63,884 nt of DNA, filler included, from Octopus bimaculoides (GCF_001194135.2; 4 parts of 4 records of this genome joined end to end with filler, not necessarily neighbours in it); one strand, 5' to 3'; shown: positions 36,887 to 49,822, counted from the whole stretch's first letter. The notes: generated from the letters alone by a model not told the origin. Translations and numbers: made by a program.

Positions 36887-37290
36887 TTGATGACATATTC
36901 TTTTTGTATGTGTTTTGTTTAAACGCCCTCGACTGGGGCATTTCGTTCAGCCAAAGTCCCTTTAAGAAGTCGATTATTAAAAGGAAAACACTGTATAATT
37001 CAAAGATAGGCGAAACGAATCACCCCGCAGTTGAACGAGAAGGGTGAATGTCGATATTTCTGTTTATACATCAGATCATCGATTAGGGTTCGTTTCGCGG
37101 GTGACTCGAAATAACAGCAAAATAGCGCCGTCCACTGTTGGCGTTCACCTACGGGGTGATTCGTTTGGCCTGGTTTTAAGGTATATAATGTTTTTTTAAC
37201 GGTCGCTGTCTTGAAGGGATTTACTCTGTACGAAATGCCGCAACCGGGAAGGAGTGTCATCTAAATAAAACATTATGTATGTGACATCAA
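36887..37290. mobile_element. Foldback/MITE-like element with long imperfect inverted arms
   Basis: Core arms aggcgaaacgaatcaccccgcagttgaacg (37008-37037) versus cgttcacctacggggtgattcgtttggcct (37142-37171). Complementarity continues patchily out to about 36887 and 37290. Confidence 0.7.
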
Positions 37291-37507
37291 AAAATTTAAC
37301 ACACACACACACAGAGAAGACATGTGAAGTTTAGGTCAAGGTAGCTCAAGCTACTGGGTATGCGTATTGAGTTCTCAAATGGGTGTGCCACAAGTTTGTA
37401 CTAATTTTACCATTTGTTATGGAGCTAAATTTTTAGATTGAATTAAATGAAATCAAATGTCCTTGTTCTGCCTTGACTAATTGTTTGCCTTTCATCGCTA
37501 CATATGC

Positions 37508-37577
<70 letters not shown>

Positions 37578-38949
37578 ATAGGCATACATATGCATACATA
37601 CTTGCATACGCATATACAATATATTTTCATATTCTATACATGCATATACATATGTGGATATGTAGTTATAAAGAAAGAATTTTGATGAGGAAACTAACCG
37701 AAATAGAGGAATAGCACAAGAAGAAATTTTTGGAATGTAAAGGAATATAAATGTTTAGTGGAAGGTTTTTATACGTGATGTTCGATAAGATGTCCTTCGC
37801 AAGAAAGCAACTAAATTGCTGTGAAGAAGATATATGCTTTAGCTAGCAATGACACATTAGTAGTGTGAGAGTACTTAAATTTCTGCCGTTTGTCTCAGAT
37901 CAGTTTTCAGTGAGCAGACCAATGGAGTTTCCGTCAAGACCATCCCATTACTCAGACTCAATATATCCAGTACAAAATTTTCCAATTTGATCCACCAACC
38001 ATTTTTCATTGCTGTAGTATGTGATTTGAAAGAGTTTTAACAGTTGTTTCTAGTAAATCAATTGACCGCGTAGAAATTCTGTAACTGATACGTGCATTTT
38101 CCCTTTAATTTTCGTTGGACATATTTCTTAATATGATCTTAATAAGGAAAACTGAGTTTTCAATCCTAAATCGTGAAAAGATGTTCAGTAATAAATATAG
38201 CATTATCATTACAAGAACTTTGATCAATACTGGAGTTTGGCAAGTTTCATAACCCATTTGATCGTGGAATTACTCCTGAGGATTTAAATGTGTGTTCTAT
38301 AGTGTTCTATAGTGTATCAGAATATCCGACTAAAAGCTAAAGAAAAGAGACATGAGCTTAAAATGTGCAAGTTAATCAAATTCACTTTAATTTCTGCGCC
38401 GATACTACTGCTTGCAGTATGTAGATACTTATAAAACAAAATACTTACTGTGAAGCAAACTTGAATGTCAGGACTCGAATATATTTGGGTTACGGCTATA
38501 CGACTAATGTTGAACAGGATATATAAACCTGACATTTCCGGTCGTTATCGATTCGTTCATCAACGACTGTCATTTAATCTCAGCCCCCTCAACAACAATC
38601 CCATGTTTCAGGCATGCAAACTTAACATATTAAGCGAATGAGATCTACTGATTGATTGTAGGCATTTATACAGCTACATATGGGCCATCTGCTTATAAAA
38701 CAAATGTAATTGGATTTACACAAGTGTTAAAAGCACGATACCATAGTTAAACTCTACAGCCCTATGTCATCATCTAAACCCTAGCCGTTATTTGCAAATG
38801 AGTCTTCACTTGTCGCATGCACCATGCTTTCGCTGATTGATTTAGAAGTCAATGTAGTCGCCACCAGATTTAGACATTCTGTCGACTATCCTACCTTTGA
38901 CTCGAGGAAGTGACAGAGCGAGAACGGATTACATCAAGAAGTCCATTGG

Positions 38950-39092
38950 TGCGTATGTTTAGCTGAGCAGAAAGGAGCAACGTGAATTGATGCGCCTTCT
39001 TATGGACACAGCAACGCACCCAGTCCAGGAATCGAAGTTACCACCTTAATGATCGTGTGTCGAATGCCTTAAAAACTAGGCCATGCGTTTCG
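38950..39092 (-). mobile_element. Old D/E-like SINE head
   Basis: Minus strand gcatggcctagtttttaagg...ttcgattcctggactggg...ttcacgttgctcc...ctcagct. Confidence 0.55.
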
Positions 39093-39378
39093 TAATATTT
39101 TTAATGGTAGCAACATCTGATAAATCTGAAATTCGTGACTCGAAGACGGTATTTTGCGTCGTTTAGTCTTACGATCAAAAAGGTTCCGACAATGAACATT
39201 CCGTCTTTTGTTTAAACAGGATTGTAAATTGAGAAATATTTGGCTAATATATTTAGGAGCTCGAGTAACAATGTCGAGACTTTCTCGTTGTTCAGGTATG
39301 TGTATGTGTATCTAGGTGTGTGTATGTCTACCTTTGGTTTGAGAATGTATGTATGTGAGAGCGCGTGTGTGTGTGTAT

Positions 39379-39480
<102 letters not shown>

Positions 39481-40059
39481 CAGAGAGTTTATAAAAGTAA
39501 GTTAATTGAGTGAGTGACATATCAAACTATACGCTCAAAAGTTGTAAGTTCAAACAGACAGCAGGTGATTTGTCTCTGAAATAAGTTGTCGGGCGTAGGC
39601 AAGAGAATCTCCTGGAAAAGGTCAAATACCTATTGATACTACATCTGATGATCACGAAAGGTCAAGTCATTGTCTATTTATCACTAAAGCAAATGGGATA
39701 TACAATGTGTTTATTATTCACATCTTTATTGTTTAATTATTTGTATCAAATTCTTTCTTAACACTCCTGTGATCTATTTTCGCTGTCTTTTTTTAGACAG
39801 TTCTTTGTGTTCGCGTACACACAAACACAAAGACACAAAGACACACACACACAAAGACACAAAGACACACACACACACATTAATTTCTACAAAAGAATCT
39901 CGTGTTGACTGGCACTTAGAGCTTCGCCTCACCACTTATTCAACTAGTCTGGTTGAATAATCCGTCAGACGACAATTTATGCCCTACGCATGACGAATTT
40001 CATAAAAAAGATTATCACTCTAATCTCAGTATTGGGCATTCCCACCAGTAAATGTCGTG

Positions 40060-40235
40060 TTGATCATTTTGGCGCACCGCCTTTCAGGGGTTTTAGTCCA
40101 ATGAATTGCCCCTGTTCTTCTTTTTATAAGCCTAGCACTTATTCTATCGGTCTCTTTTACTGAACCGCTGGATTACGGAGACGTAAACACATCAACACAA
40201 TGGTTTTCAAGAAGTGGCAGGGGAACAAATATAGA
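40060..40235 (-). mobile_element. SINE type C 3' half
   Basis: gcaccgcctttcagggg...aagcctagcacttattctatcggtctcttttactgaaccgc. Confidence 0.75.
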
Positions 40236-40549
40236 CTTAAAAACATGTGTGTGTGTGTATACATATACAAATATAAATATGTATATATATATNNNNNNNN
40301 NNNNNNNNNNNNNNNNNNNNNNNNNNNNNNNNNNNNNATATATATAATAGAAATAGGTTTTAGAGAGAAAAGACTACACGTGGTATAAATGGGGGGGGGG
40401 AAGTAAAAAGAAAGCAAAGAAAATGTACATTAGATATAAAAAATTAAAGGCTTTTTTTAAGAAAAGCAAAGATATATACATACAATTACATGATCTGAGG
40501 TGGAATTATGAAGTATTAAAATAATTATTATAAATCATTATAGAGATTC

Positions 40550-40790
40550 AAAGTCATACCGGTATCGTCAGAAGCTGATCAGTGACTTTGAATAAACACC
40601 GATTTCCAAACGGTGTTGCGTCTAATAGTACCTGACAGGAAAGATTACATGCAAGGGAGTTAAGCAGTTCTGGAAGTGATGCAATTAAGGAATACTGGAA
40701 TATGAATGGTGTATAGGATGTATGGAGATTAGTGGAATTATTGGTAAGGTTAGTAGTGTCCTGTATTAAGTTGTGAATGATACTTGATAA
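40550..40790 (-). mobile_element. Possible CR1-like LINE 3' remnant
   Basis: SLPELLNSLACNL and VTDQLLTIPV loosely resemble CR1 C-terminal (LFNSLP; PDQPTIPG) motifs. Confidence 0.3.
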
Positions 40791-42097
40791 TAAATGTAGA
40801 AGACACACGCCTAAGGTACCACGCAATAGGATTGAACTCGGAAGTATGTCGTTGGGAAGCAATCTTTTTTACTACACACCCACGGATACGCCAATAAGCC
40901 ACACTTTTTGGTTTTATGTTCGTTTCGTAACTTAAAAATTACTCTGTGGGTTCATACCGTATTATCCTCTATCTCTATAGAATAGGTTGTTTTTAGGAAA
41001 GCTTCATAACATTTAAAAAGATTCGGCCTTTCAGGTCCTGTACACGAACGAAGAGCCATTAATCCGAATATACTATCACCTCATGTCTAAGAGCAACAAA
41101 CAATCGTTCACATCCAGGAAGATCGCACTTATTTCTAGACTTGTGACTTTCACATATAATCCTACCAGGAGGTCAAGGAAATGAAGATGTAGAGCATATG
41201 GTGTAGTAGTTTGAGAGCGAGATTTGTGTTTCAGAAATTTTGGTTTCTCTAATGGTCCCCACAACATGATTTAATTACCGGAGTTAGTTGAACTGGTCAC
41301 CCTGCTCTCACGCCGTCTGCAAATCACATTGCATGTGTACCTCCTATTCTACAGATGATGGGTAATCTCAACTTTTCTTCTTCCTATCAGTACCTCAATG
41401 TTCTTGCAACTATTTGTCCAGAAAAAGCAAAAGAAATTACCTTTCACCAACAACGTGACAACAAAACCTTTCTTATAGTAATTACCAAAAATTTGCCAAC
41501 CAATTGTAAATATCATAAGCTATTCAGTACGAACAAAACTAAAGATAGATACTACAGGAAAAGGAGCTTAAACTTCACTATTATATCTATAAATATCCAA
41601 ATATCTAGAAACCGTCGAACGAAAATAGATGGAATAGTATACCCTGTTTACGGACGAAAATACAAGTTAAATATAAATATGCTTATTAAACAGAAGAAAT
41701 GAGATTATCCAATGCTACCGTCATGAGAAGAAACTCAATTAAAGACATGAAAATAGTGAAGTACCTCTCTCAAGAGAAAAAAAAACGACAAAAATGAGTG
41801 GGGGCACAAAGCCTGTCTTGGAGTCTGAGGATATAGGATTATTTGTAATGAGTCTTTTTTCCGTAAGTCAATATGCTCATCTTTCCAATACAAGAGAGGG
41901 TATTTGCATGTACACATTCATACACAGACAGATACATACACACAGACACACAGACACAGGCACAGACACACCCACACAAAATTAGAGAGAAGGAAGGAGA
42001 AATATAGATAGGAGAAAAAATATACGGATAGGAACAGGGAGATATATACATACATATACACACACATATGTATTTATATATATATATATATATATAT

Positions 42098-42197
42098 NNN
42101 NNNNNNNNNNNNNNNNNNNNNNNNNNNNNNNNNNNNNNNNNTTAATTAATTAANNNNNNNNNNNNNNNNNNNNNNNNNNNNNNNNNNNNNNNNNNNN
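42098..42197. other. Artificial 100-bp join spacer N44-TTAATTAATTAA-N44
   Basis: Counted 44 N + 12 nt + 44 N. Confidence 0.95.
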
Positions 42198-42522
42198 TTA
42201 TCTTTTGTAAGCCTAGTACTTATTCTATCGGTCTCTGTTGCCGAACCGCTAAGTTACGGGGACGTAAACACACCAGCATCGGTTGTCAAGCGATGTGGGG
42301 GGGGGTCAAACACAGACACACAAACACACACATATATATACATATATATACGACAGGCTTCTTTCAGTTTCCGTCTTCCAAATCCACTCACAAGGCTTTG
42401 GTCGGCCCGAGGCTATAGTAGAAGACACTTGCCCAAGTTGCCACGCAGTGGGAGTAAACCCGGAACCATGTGGTTGGTAAGCAAGCTACTTACTACACAG
42501 CCACACAACCACTCCTGCGCCT
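42198..42522 (-). mobile_element. SINE type C, 3' end cut by spacer
   Basis: Near-consensus copy ending ...actcctgcgcct. Confidence 0.9.
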
Positions 42523-43888
42523 ATATATATTTATGTATATATACAAAGAACAATTTAAGCTATTTAACACCAATCTTAAAATTTAATTGAACGATCATAC
42601 TTCATCAAAAATCTAAGTGAACAAATATTACTAAATGATTATTTTTTGCAAACATTTACATGTAAATTATGTAAAATATTCAAATTAACGAAGCGTTCCC
42701 TGTGAAAGTGAAAGATGAAATTAAGGTTTGTACTTCTGTTATGTTTTGCCGCTTCTTTTCTTTCTTTTTTCTTTCTTTCTTTCTTTTTTTTCTTTTTCTT
42801 TTTAGTTTGTGCTGAAGGACCGCGTTGCTGCGAAAGGGCGTTTCAGTGAAACTCACAGAATAAACAAAACGTGCAGTCAACACTGACGATATTGAATGTA
42901 AAGTTTGCAAACTTCTCAAAGAAAATAAAAGAAATCCAAATTATACATGCATGATAACTTAATGAACTTGCCCAGCTGAATTTCTGAACGGGGATATCAG
43001 GTTATTCTGACTCAAAAGGTGGGATGATAGGGAAAACTAAATAATGATAAATAAATAATGTTAATTGGCGTTTATGACATAAGAGAGGGATATAACGCAC
43101 CAAAAACTGACACATTTTTTTTTTTTTACTGGGAACCCCAGCTTGTGGCCATACGAACAGTCTGTCTGACCTTCGAAACCACACATGTTTTTAAGCTGTT
43201 ACACTAGCATATTCTTACCGACAAGTATTTCTGATGAAAAAGCAAAATACTTAATGTTTTCAATCTGAATGTGATAGTCTTCTTCAAAAGTTAGGCTGGA
43301 CAATACTGACCGCTTATATATGTAGAGCACAGGTGCTGAGTATCGTCAGAGCAGAGGTGAAAGAGTTCAGTATCTAAGGGTTGCTATTCAATTGGGGTTT
43401 GAGTTGTTTCTTGGGTGGGGTTGAGGTGGATATATTTGGTAGCGGATGTTTGTGGTAACATTTAAAACCTCATACGCTTTCAACTAATTCTGTGAAGACC
43501 TTAATTATGTCATGGTAGAATTCGAAGTAGGGAAACGATAGTTGAAAGATCTTATCACTGCAAATCTGGAGGAAGAATATTAAATTAAACTGCACCTGAA
43601 ACGGAATTGTTGCCGTGACTTATTTCACGTATTTATTTATAAAATTCAATTAAGATTCAATAGTTGATGGAGTACGTAGATTTTGTAGACCAACCAATGT
43701 AGACGAACCAATGAAATGTATGTAGACAAACCAATCAAATAGCTTCTTCAACCTGGTCTTTCAACCTCCTAGATATATTAGAAAACTTCCTCTTAAAACC
43801 ACATATTATCAGTCTTAAAAAGAATGAACTCATTGGGTTATGTAGTACTGAGTAATTGTAATATTAGTTAAATAATATTAGTTAAATA

Positions 43889-44070
43889 AAGCGGCGAGAT
43901 TTGACAGAATCGTTAACATGCTGGGTAAAATGTTTAACAGTATTTCGTCCGGTTTTACGTTCTGAGTTCAAATTCCGCCAAGGTCGACCTGCCTTTCATC
44001 CTTTGGGGTCTATAGAATAAGTACCAATTGAGGACTGGGATCGATGTTTGCTGGCCTTGTGCCAAAATTT
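43889..44070 (+). mobile_element. SINE type A, diverged
   Basis: gcggcgagatttgacagaatcgtt...ttctgagttcaaattccgccaaggtcgac. Confidence 0.8.
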
Positions 44071-45923
44071 GGCAGGTCAAGGGACTCAACGTATATCGGT
44101 AGCAGACAAAAAGCGCCACAGCAGCGGCTAGTGAGAGCATCACAGAGTACAGTAAAATTGCTGTGGAGAGTAGAGTGACCAAATTTCAGATACAAACCTC
44201 CGGGGTTAAAATAAGAAAGGGAAAATAAAAGACAGCAGAGTTTTCCATCCTCTATTTTTCAGAAACTGCTACACGCACACACACACACACACACACGCAC
44301 ACACACACACTCACTCATAAAAATTGTTTCCTTGCACTGGTAAAAGGGGAAAGCAGAGAAGTTTAGGTGGAGATTTCCTGCACACCTCTTCATGTATTCG
44401 CTCAAAGGTATCTGTCTTTACCTTGGGAAACGAATCTGTTCCTTATGAAGTGTAGTTCTCTGTCTAAGGGACAACCTTGTTTGGCATATATAATTCTGTC
44501 CACATCCTGAATAAGTTATCACATAAATTAAATTTTTGGATGCACAGATGATATTAGTCTTAATCATGTATCTCTGTCCTTATTTGAATCGAAATTCTGA
44601 ACCTTCAAGTAGGTTGGGGCAAATTCTACAATTTGGACGCTCGCATCTTTAAACTCTTGGTTTCGTTGTTGTTGTTGTTGTTGGGTATAATCTCGCATTT
44701 GTCAGTATTCTTTTATGTGATTTAGATTGTTTTTACTTTTGATAAGTCTGTGTGCTTCTAGAATGTGTTTTATCTTCGGCTCCCTAATGAGCATAGGTAA
44801 ATTTTGAATACTGGTGTTACATGTCTCGTTGTTTCAAGGGTTGTGTATTGAAGTATAGAATAGTATTTCTAGACGGGGTGTGTAATTCCGTTTCGCTTCC
44901 CTTAGTGTTCTGATATCTATTTTCTTCGCACGTTTAATCCTCTGTGTGTGGGGGGTGGGGGTGTATGTGTGTGTGTGTATGTATGTGTGTGCGTGTGTGT
45001 GTGTGTCTGCGTGCGTGTGTGTGCGCGTGTATACACACATGTACGCATGCATTCACATGATGCATATATGCACACGCACATAATCACACACACACACACT
45101 CACACACACACACACACACAGAGGCTTACACATACACGCGCGCTAGCATGGTAAATAATCATGGGTGATATTGGCTCTAATACCACTTAGTATGTAATTA
45201 TATCTAACAACAGACAATGAGCTGTTGTTTTCTCCGTCCCACCGCCTCCCACCTATACACCTCTAAACACATACACACACACATACATATACTTATAGAT
45301 ACATAAACCCTGTTTCTGCCAGGCTCACTTACTAGACACAGATACTTCCATGCATGGCCACCATTCCTACCACTACTACTTCTACTCTAGTAATTACTAT
45401 TAGTACTAACTCATTAAGCTTCCATAATATCTGCTACAACCAACAAAAACTACAACAACCACATCAAAAGCAGCAGCAGCAGTTGCATGTGTAACGGCCA
45501 TTACCAAACCTGGCAAATAATACGACCAGCGCCACCAATATCACTGCTGGTCCCACTGTCGTCACCTTCAAAACTACAACTATTATTTCCATCACCACTA
45601 AGACCACCATGTTTCCTTTATCGCCACCAGTACAATTAACATCACCACCACCTCCTCAAACCCTGCTATTATTACCACTCCCGTCAAACCACTCACCGCC
45701 ATCACCAACGGATTCTCTATTGTCAGCACCACCACAACCATTACTAACCATTCACCAAGCACTCAAGATACTCCTTCAATTTTCTCCCTCCTTCCTTAAT
45801 GGGATAAAATTAAATAATTTGTAAATTGCTTCTAGAAAAAAAAAATTTTAATATTTTAAAAAAAACAGAAAGATTGTGTAACCCAATTGCACAGAATACA
45901 CGACACACACGTTTTACCTCCCC

Positions 45924-45954
<31 letters not shown>

Positions 45955-45965
45955 CATACATACAT

Positions 45966-46350
45966 GTGGAGGCACAATGGGCCAGTGGTCAGGGCAGCGG
46001 ACTCGCGGTCGTGGACTCGCGGTTTCGATTCTCAGACCGGGCGTTGTGAGTGTTTATTGAGCGAAAACACCTAAAACTCCACGAGGCTCCGACAGGGGAT
46101 GGTGGCGAACCCTGCTGTACTCTTTCACCACAACTTTCTCTCACTCTTTCTTCCTGTTTCTGTTGTGCCTGTATTTCAAAGGGCCAGCTTTGTCACACTG
46201 TGTCACGCTGAATCTCCCCGAGAACTACGTTAAGGGTACACGTGTCTGTGGAGTGCTCAGCCACTTGCACGTTAATTTCACGAGCAGGCTGTTCCGTTGA
46301 TCGGATCAACTGGAACCCTCGTCGTGGTAAGCGACGGAGTGCCACGGAAC
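45966..46350 (+). mobile_element. SINE type B full length (tRNA-derived head)
   Basis: gtggaggcacaatgggccagtggtcagggcagcggactcgcgg...ggtttcgattc (A/B boxes)...gacggagtgcca. Confidence 0.9.
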
Positions 46351-46886
46351 GGACATACATACATACATACATACATACATGCTTTCCTGGCTTTAAGGAC
46401 GTCGCGAAAAGCCTGGTTGGATGCCCGACATTCCGAGTTCTTTCACAGAAGCTTAGTAAAATTGAAGTGCCGCTGCATTAAGTGTGTGAATCTGAGAGAG
46501 GAATATGCTGGATAAAATCATGATTAACTGATCCTCCTGTATTTTCTTTACGATATCAAACTTTGTGAAAATATCACTTAGTTATCTTCAGCGAGTCTTA
46601 CTGATCCAAGGTTCATAGAAACTGCCCATCTCAACAATGTGCGCGAAGACCGTTTTTAATTCCACGGCAAATTTAAAAAGGTGATCGAAGTGAATAATAA
46701 ATTATAAAAATATATATAAGGATATTATTGTTTACAATAATATCAAGTGGTATAGCATGCGCAAATAACCATCAAGATAATACAATAAAGTATTAAACAC
46801 ACACACAACACGAGTGGACAACCGAATGAAAAAGGTACTCAAGACATTTAGTAGGAGTTACACATATTTCTATTTAAAACAGTTCG

Positions 46887-47011
46887 ATTCGGGCCCATGC
46901 AACTTAGTTTCGTAAATCCCCACCACCACCACAGTAACTTAGCTCGTCGGGCTCAGGCGAGCTAGGTTCCTATGAGGAGCCAACGAAATTTTAAGTTGAA
47001 TGGGGCCGAAT
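46887..47011. mobile_element. Short foldback/MITE-like element
   Basis: attcgggcccatgcaactta versus taagttgaatggggccgaat (18/20 complementary); inner hairpin agctcgtc...ggcgagct. Confidence 0.6.
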
Positions 47012-47148
47012 AAAAATGTTTTAAATTATATGTGTGTATATGCATGTGTGTGCGTGAACATCTACAATATGCATATATGAACATGTACAAATCAATTATT
47101 TACATTATTTACATTCGACGGATATTTGTCCTCATCTTGTTTGTTGTT

Positions 47149-47194
47149 AACACAACGTTTCGGCTGATATGCCCTCCAGCCTTCTTCAGGTGTC
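47149..47194 (-). ncRNA. Minimal type I hammerhead ribozyme motif (intact core)
   Basis: GACAC CUGAAGA A GGCUG gagggcauau CAGCC GAAAC GUU|GUGUU. Stem I GACAC/GUGUU, 5-bp stem II, conserved core, palindromic AC-GU stem III, NUH triplet GUU. Confidence 0.7.
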
Positions 47195-47254
47195 TTGGGG
47201 AAATTTCGAACCTGGGTTCTCATTCCTAAGATATTTTTCGATGCTATTATTATT

Positions 47255-47333
<79 letters not shown>

Positions 47334-47380
47334 TCGAAAAATACCTTAGGAATGAGAACCCAGTTTCGAAATTTCCCCAA

Positions 47381-47426
47381 GACTCATGATGAAGGCTGGA
47401 GGGTATATCAGCCGAAACGTTGTGTT
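47381..47426 (+). ncRNA. Hammerhead motif, mutated copy
   Basis: GACUC AUGAUGA A GGCUG gaggguauau CAGCC GAAAC GUU GUGUU. Core C3 is replaced by A (47386) and stem I has a U-U mismatch. Confidence 0.55.
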
Positions 47427-48230
47427 AACAACAAACAAGATGAGGACAAATATCGGTCGAATGTAAATAATGTAAATAATGTATAGAATTCCTCATCTCT
47501 TAAATATAGAACTGTATCTACAAATCAATATTTTGTTAATACTATTCTATGGTTACAATTGCATATCGTTATTTTTATGTTTTCGATTCATACCACTTAT
47601 ATATTTACACTTTATATTAAGTGTACACTATGCCTAATTTATACAGTGGTTCTTTTGCGGGTGTGTGATGTATCATAGTGCTGAATGTATAATGGAAAAG
47701 ACACATCTTATTCAGGTAGTTGAAGATGTTTAACCACTTACGTTCCCTTGTCCCTAACTCATAGGTAATGACTCGGCAAGCGATTATACAAAGAAAGGAA
47801 TAATAACAATAATAATAATAATAACAACAACAGCACAGTATTAGATAGCTGAAAAGAATGGATAGCATGGTACCGTAAGCTGCAAGTAGCAATCCCGCTA
47901 CGCATGTGAGACTCCAGGAGCTCCAACAAAACCTATGTTAAAAATAATAATAATATTTTCATTGAAATATGCGTAAGACTGAATTCATATTTAATATTAT
48001 CAAGTTTAAATCTCCGGTATCTAAATGGCCAATAGTTTTATGATCCACGCGACAAAGCATAACTTAATAATAGGTCCTGACCGTTTGCAATCAGAATTAT
48101 GAAGCTCTCAAACCTGGTTTTAGATAAGATAATGCTCTCTCTTCTTCATTAACGCAGCAGAGGAGAGGGCAAAACGGTTGTTTATGGTGTTGGTGTTTCT
48201 GACAAGATCTTTTAATGAAATGAAGAGTCT

Positions 48231-48390
48231 AGAAGCGAAATCAGGCGAAGGGCAACGAAGGGAAGCGAAGAGCAGCGAAGAGCAGCGAAGAGCAGCGAAG
48301 AGCAGCGAAGAGCAGCGAAGAGCAGCGAGGGGTAGCGAAGGGTAGCGAAGGGTAGCGAAGGGTAACAAAGAGTAGTGAAATAAAGCGAAG
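48231..48390 (+). repeat. 10-bp minisatellite (AGCAGCGAAG grading to GGTAGCGAAG)
   Basis: About 16 units with positional variant blocks. Confidence 0.9.
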
Positions 48391-48946
48391 TAACATTATT
48401 TTCCATGAAACTGAAAATACCGTGGTGTTTTCAGTTCCATGGTGTATGAAACAAAGAGAACTCTTCAATGCCATATGGCATTTATCGTATAAATAGTCTT
48501 TTTTTTTTTATAATTCAATTGACATTAATATTGACTTAAATATCAAGTATTCTACAATAAAGAAATATCCATGCTATTCAATCATGTGCATATATCATAN
48601 NNNNNNNNNNNNNNNNNNNNNNNNNNNNNNNNNNNNNNNNNNNNNNNNNNNNNNNNNNNNNNNNNNNNNNNNNNNNNNNNNNNNNNNNNNNNNNNNNNNN
48701 NNNNNNNNNNNNNNNNNNNNNNNNNNNNNNNNNNNNNNNNNNNNNNNNNNNNNNNNNNNNNNNNNNNNNNNNNNNNNNNNNNNNNNNNNNNNNNNNNNNN
48801 NNNNNNNNNNNNNNNNNNNNNNNNNNNNNNNNNNNNNNNNNNNNNNNNNNNNNNNNNNNNNNNNNNNNNNNNNNNNNNNNNNNNNNNNNNNNNNNNNNNN
48901 NNNNNNNNNNNNNNNNNNNNNNNNNNNNNNNNNNNNNNNNNNNNNN

Positions 48947-49046
<100 letters not shown>

Positions 49047-49134
49047 TGCATGAAAATATATAAGCATACATATACGTGTGTGTGCACGTGCACACGAGTG
49101 TGTGTATGTGGTTATGCCTGTATTTGTCTTAAGC

Positions 49135-49300
49135 AAACCAGTGCTGGTTTGTTCAGACCTCATTACTTAGCGGTTCGGGGGAAAGAAGCGAATGGAATAA
49201 CTACCAGACTTTAAAAGAAGTCTGCTACTTCGATTAAATCCTTCAAGGCGGAACTCCAGCATGGTCGCAGTCCAATGATTAGAACAAAATAAAAATACAA
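49135..49300 (+). mobile_element. SINE type C 3' half
   Basis: acttagcggttcgg...ccttcaaggcggaactccagcatggtcgcagtccaatga. Confidence 0.75.
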
Positions 49301-49759
49301 GAAAGAAGATTGACACCAAAGCGGCAAACTGTAGAATCGTTAGAGGGCTGAATAAAACTTCTAACAGTATTTTTCAAACTTTCTAGAGTATGGTTTCAAA
49401 TTCCAGCGAGGCCATAAAGATATATAAAATTCCAATCGAGGGTAGAAGATTGGTGGAATTGCCTGAGGATCGACTGAGACACTTTTGGTATTTGTTCCGT
49501 TTCTGTGTATTCTGACAGCAAGGACACTGTGTAACAAGTTTTAACGACCACAGTCAGCGTTGTTTCCTTTGACGTGAACTTAATATTCTTGCATATTTGT
49601 GCAACTTCCAATTTTTCACCCCTTAAAGTCCTGCCGGGCTTGCATGTACAGATGCAGATCGATAGCCAGCCTGCATGTGAGACGATCTGGCGCAGCAGCT
49701 CTGGCACTGCTTAGTTGACGTCACTGATTCGTCGTTGAGTTATTTAACGGCCCACCTTT

Positions 49760-49815
<56 letters not shown>

Positions 49816-49822
49816 CTATCTA

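Larger units (their letters stand above)
47095..47480. mobile_element. Inverted pair of Penelope-type terminal-repeat segments joined at an (ATT)n/(AAT)n microsatellite
   Basis: 47095-47244 is the near-perfect reverse complement of about 47331-47480 (a few substitutions). The centre switches from (TAT)4 to a long (AAT)n at 47257/47258. Each arm contains TGANGA-A-GGCTG...CAGCC-GAAACGTT. Confidence 0.85.

Noticed and set aside
41040-41080. cgaacgaagagccattaatccgaat, possible decayed hammerhead
   Set aside because: Too many core mismatches and no convincing stems.
45966-46045. tRNA-like sequences at SINE heads (also 9703, 28289, 55333, 56750, 54073)
   Set aside because: They run directly into SINE bodies and lack a complete cloverleaf; not tRNA genes.
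48231-48390. Regular repeat considered as a CRISPR array
   Set aside because: Contiguous 10-bp units without spacers, in a eukaryotic context with no cas genes.
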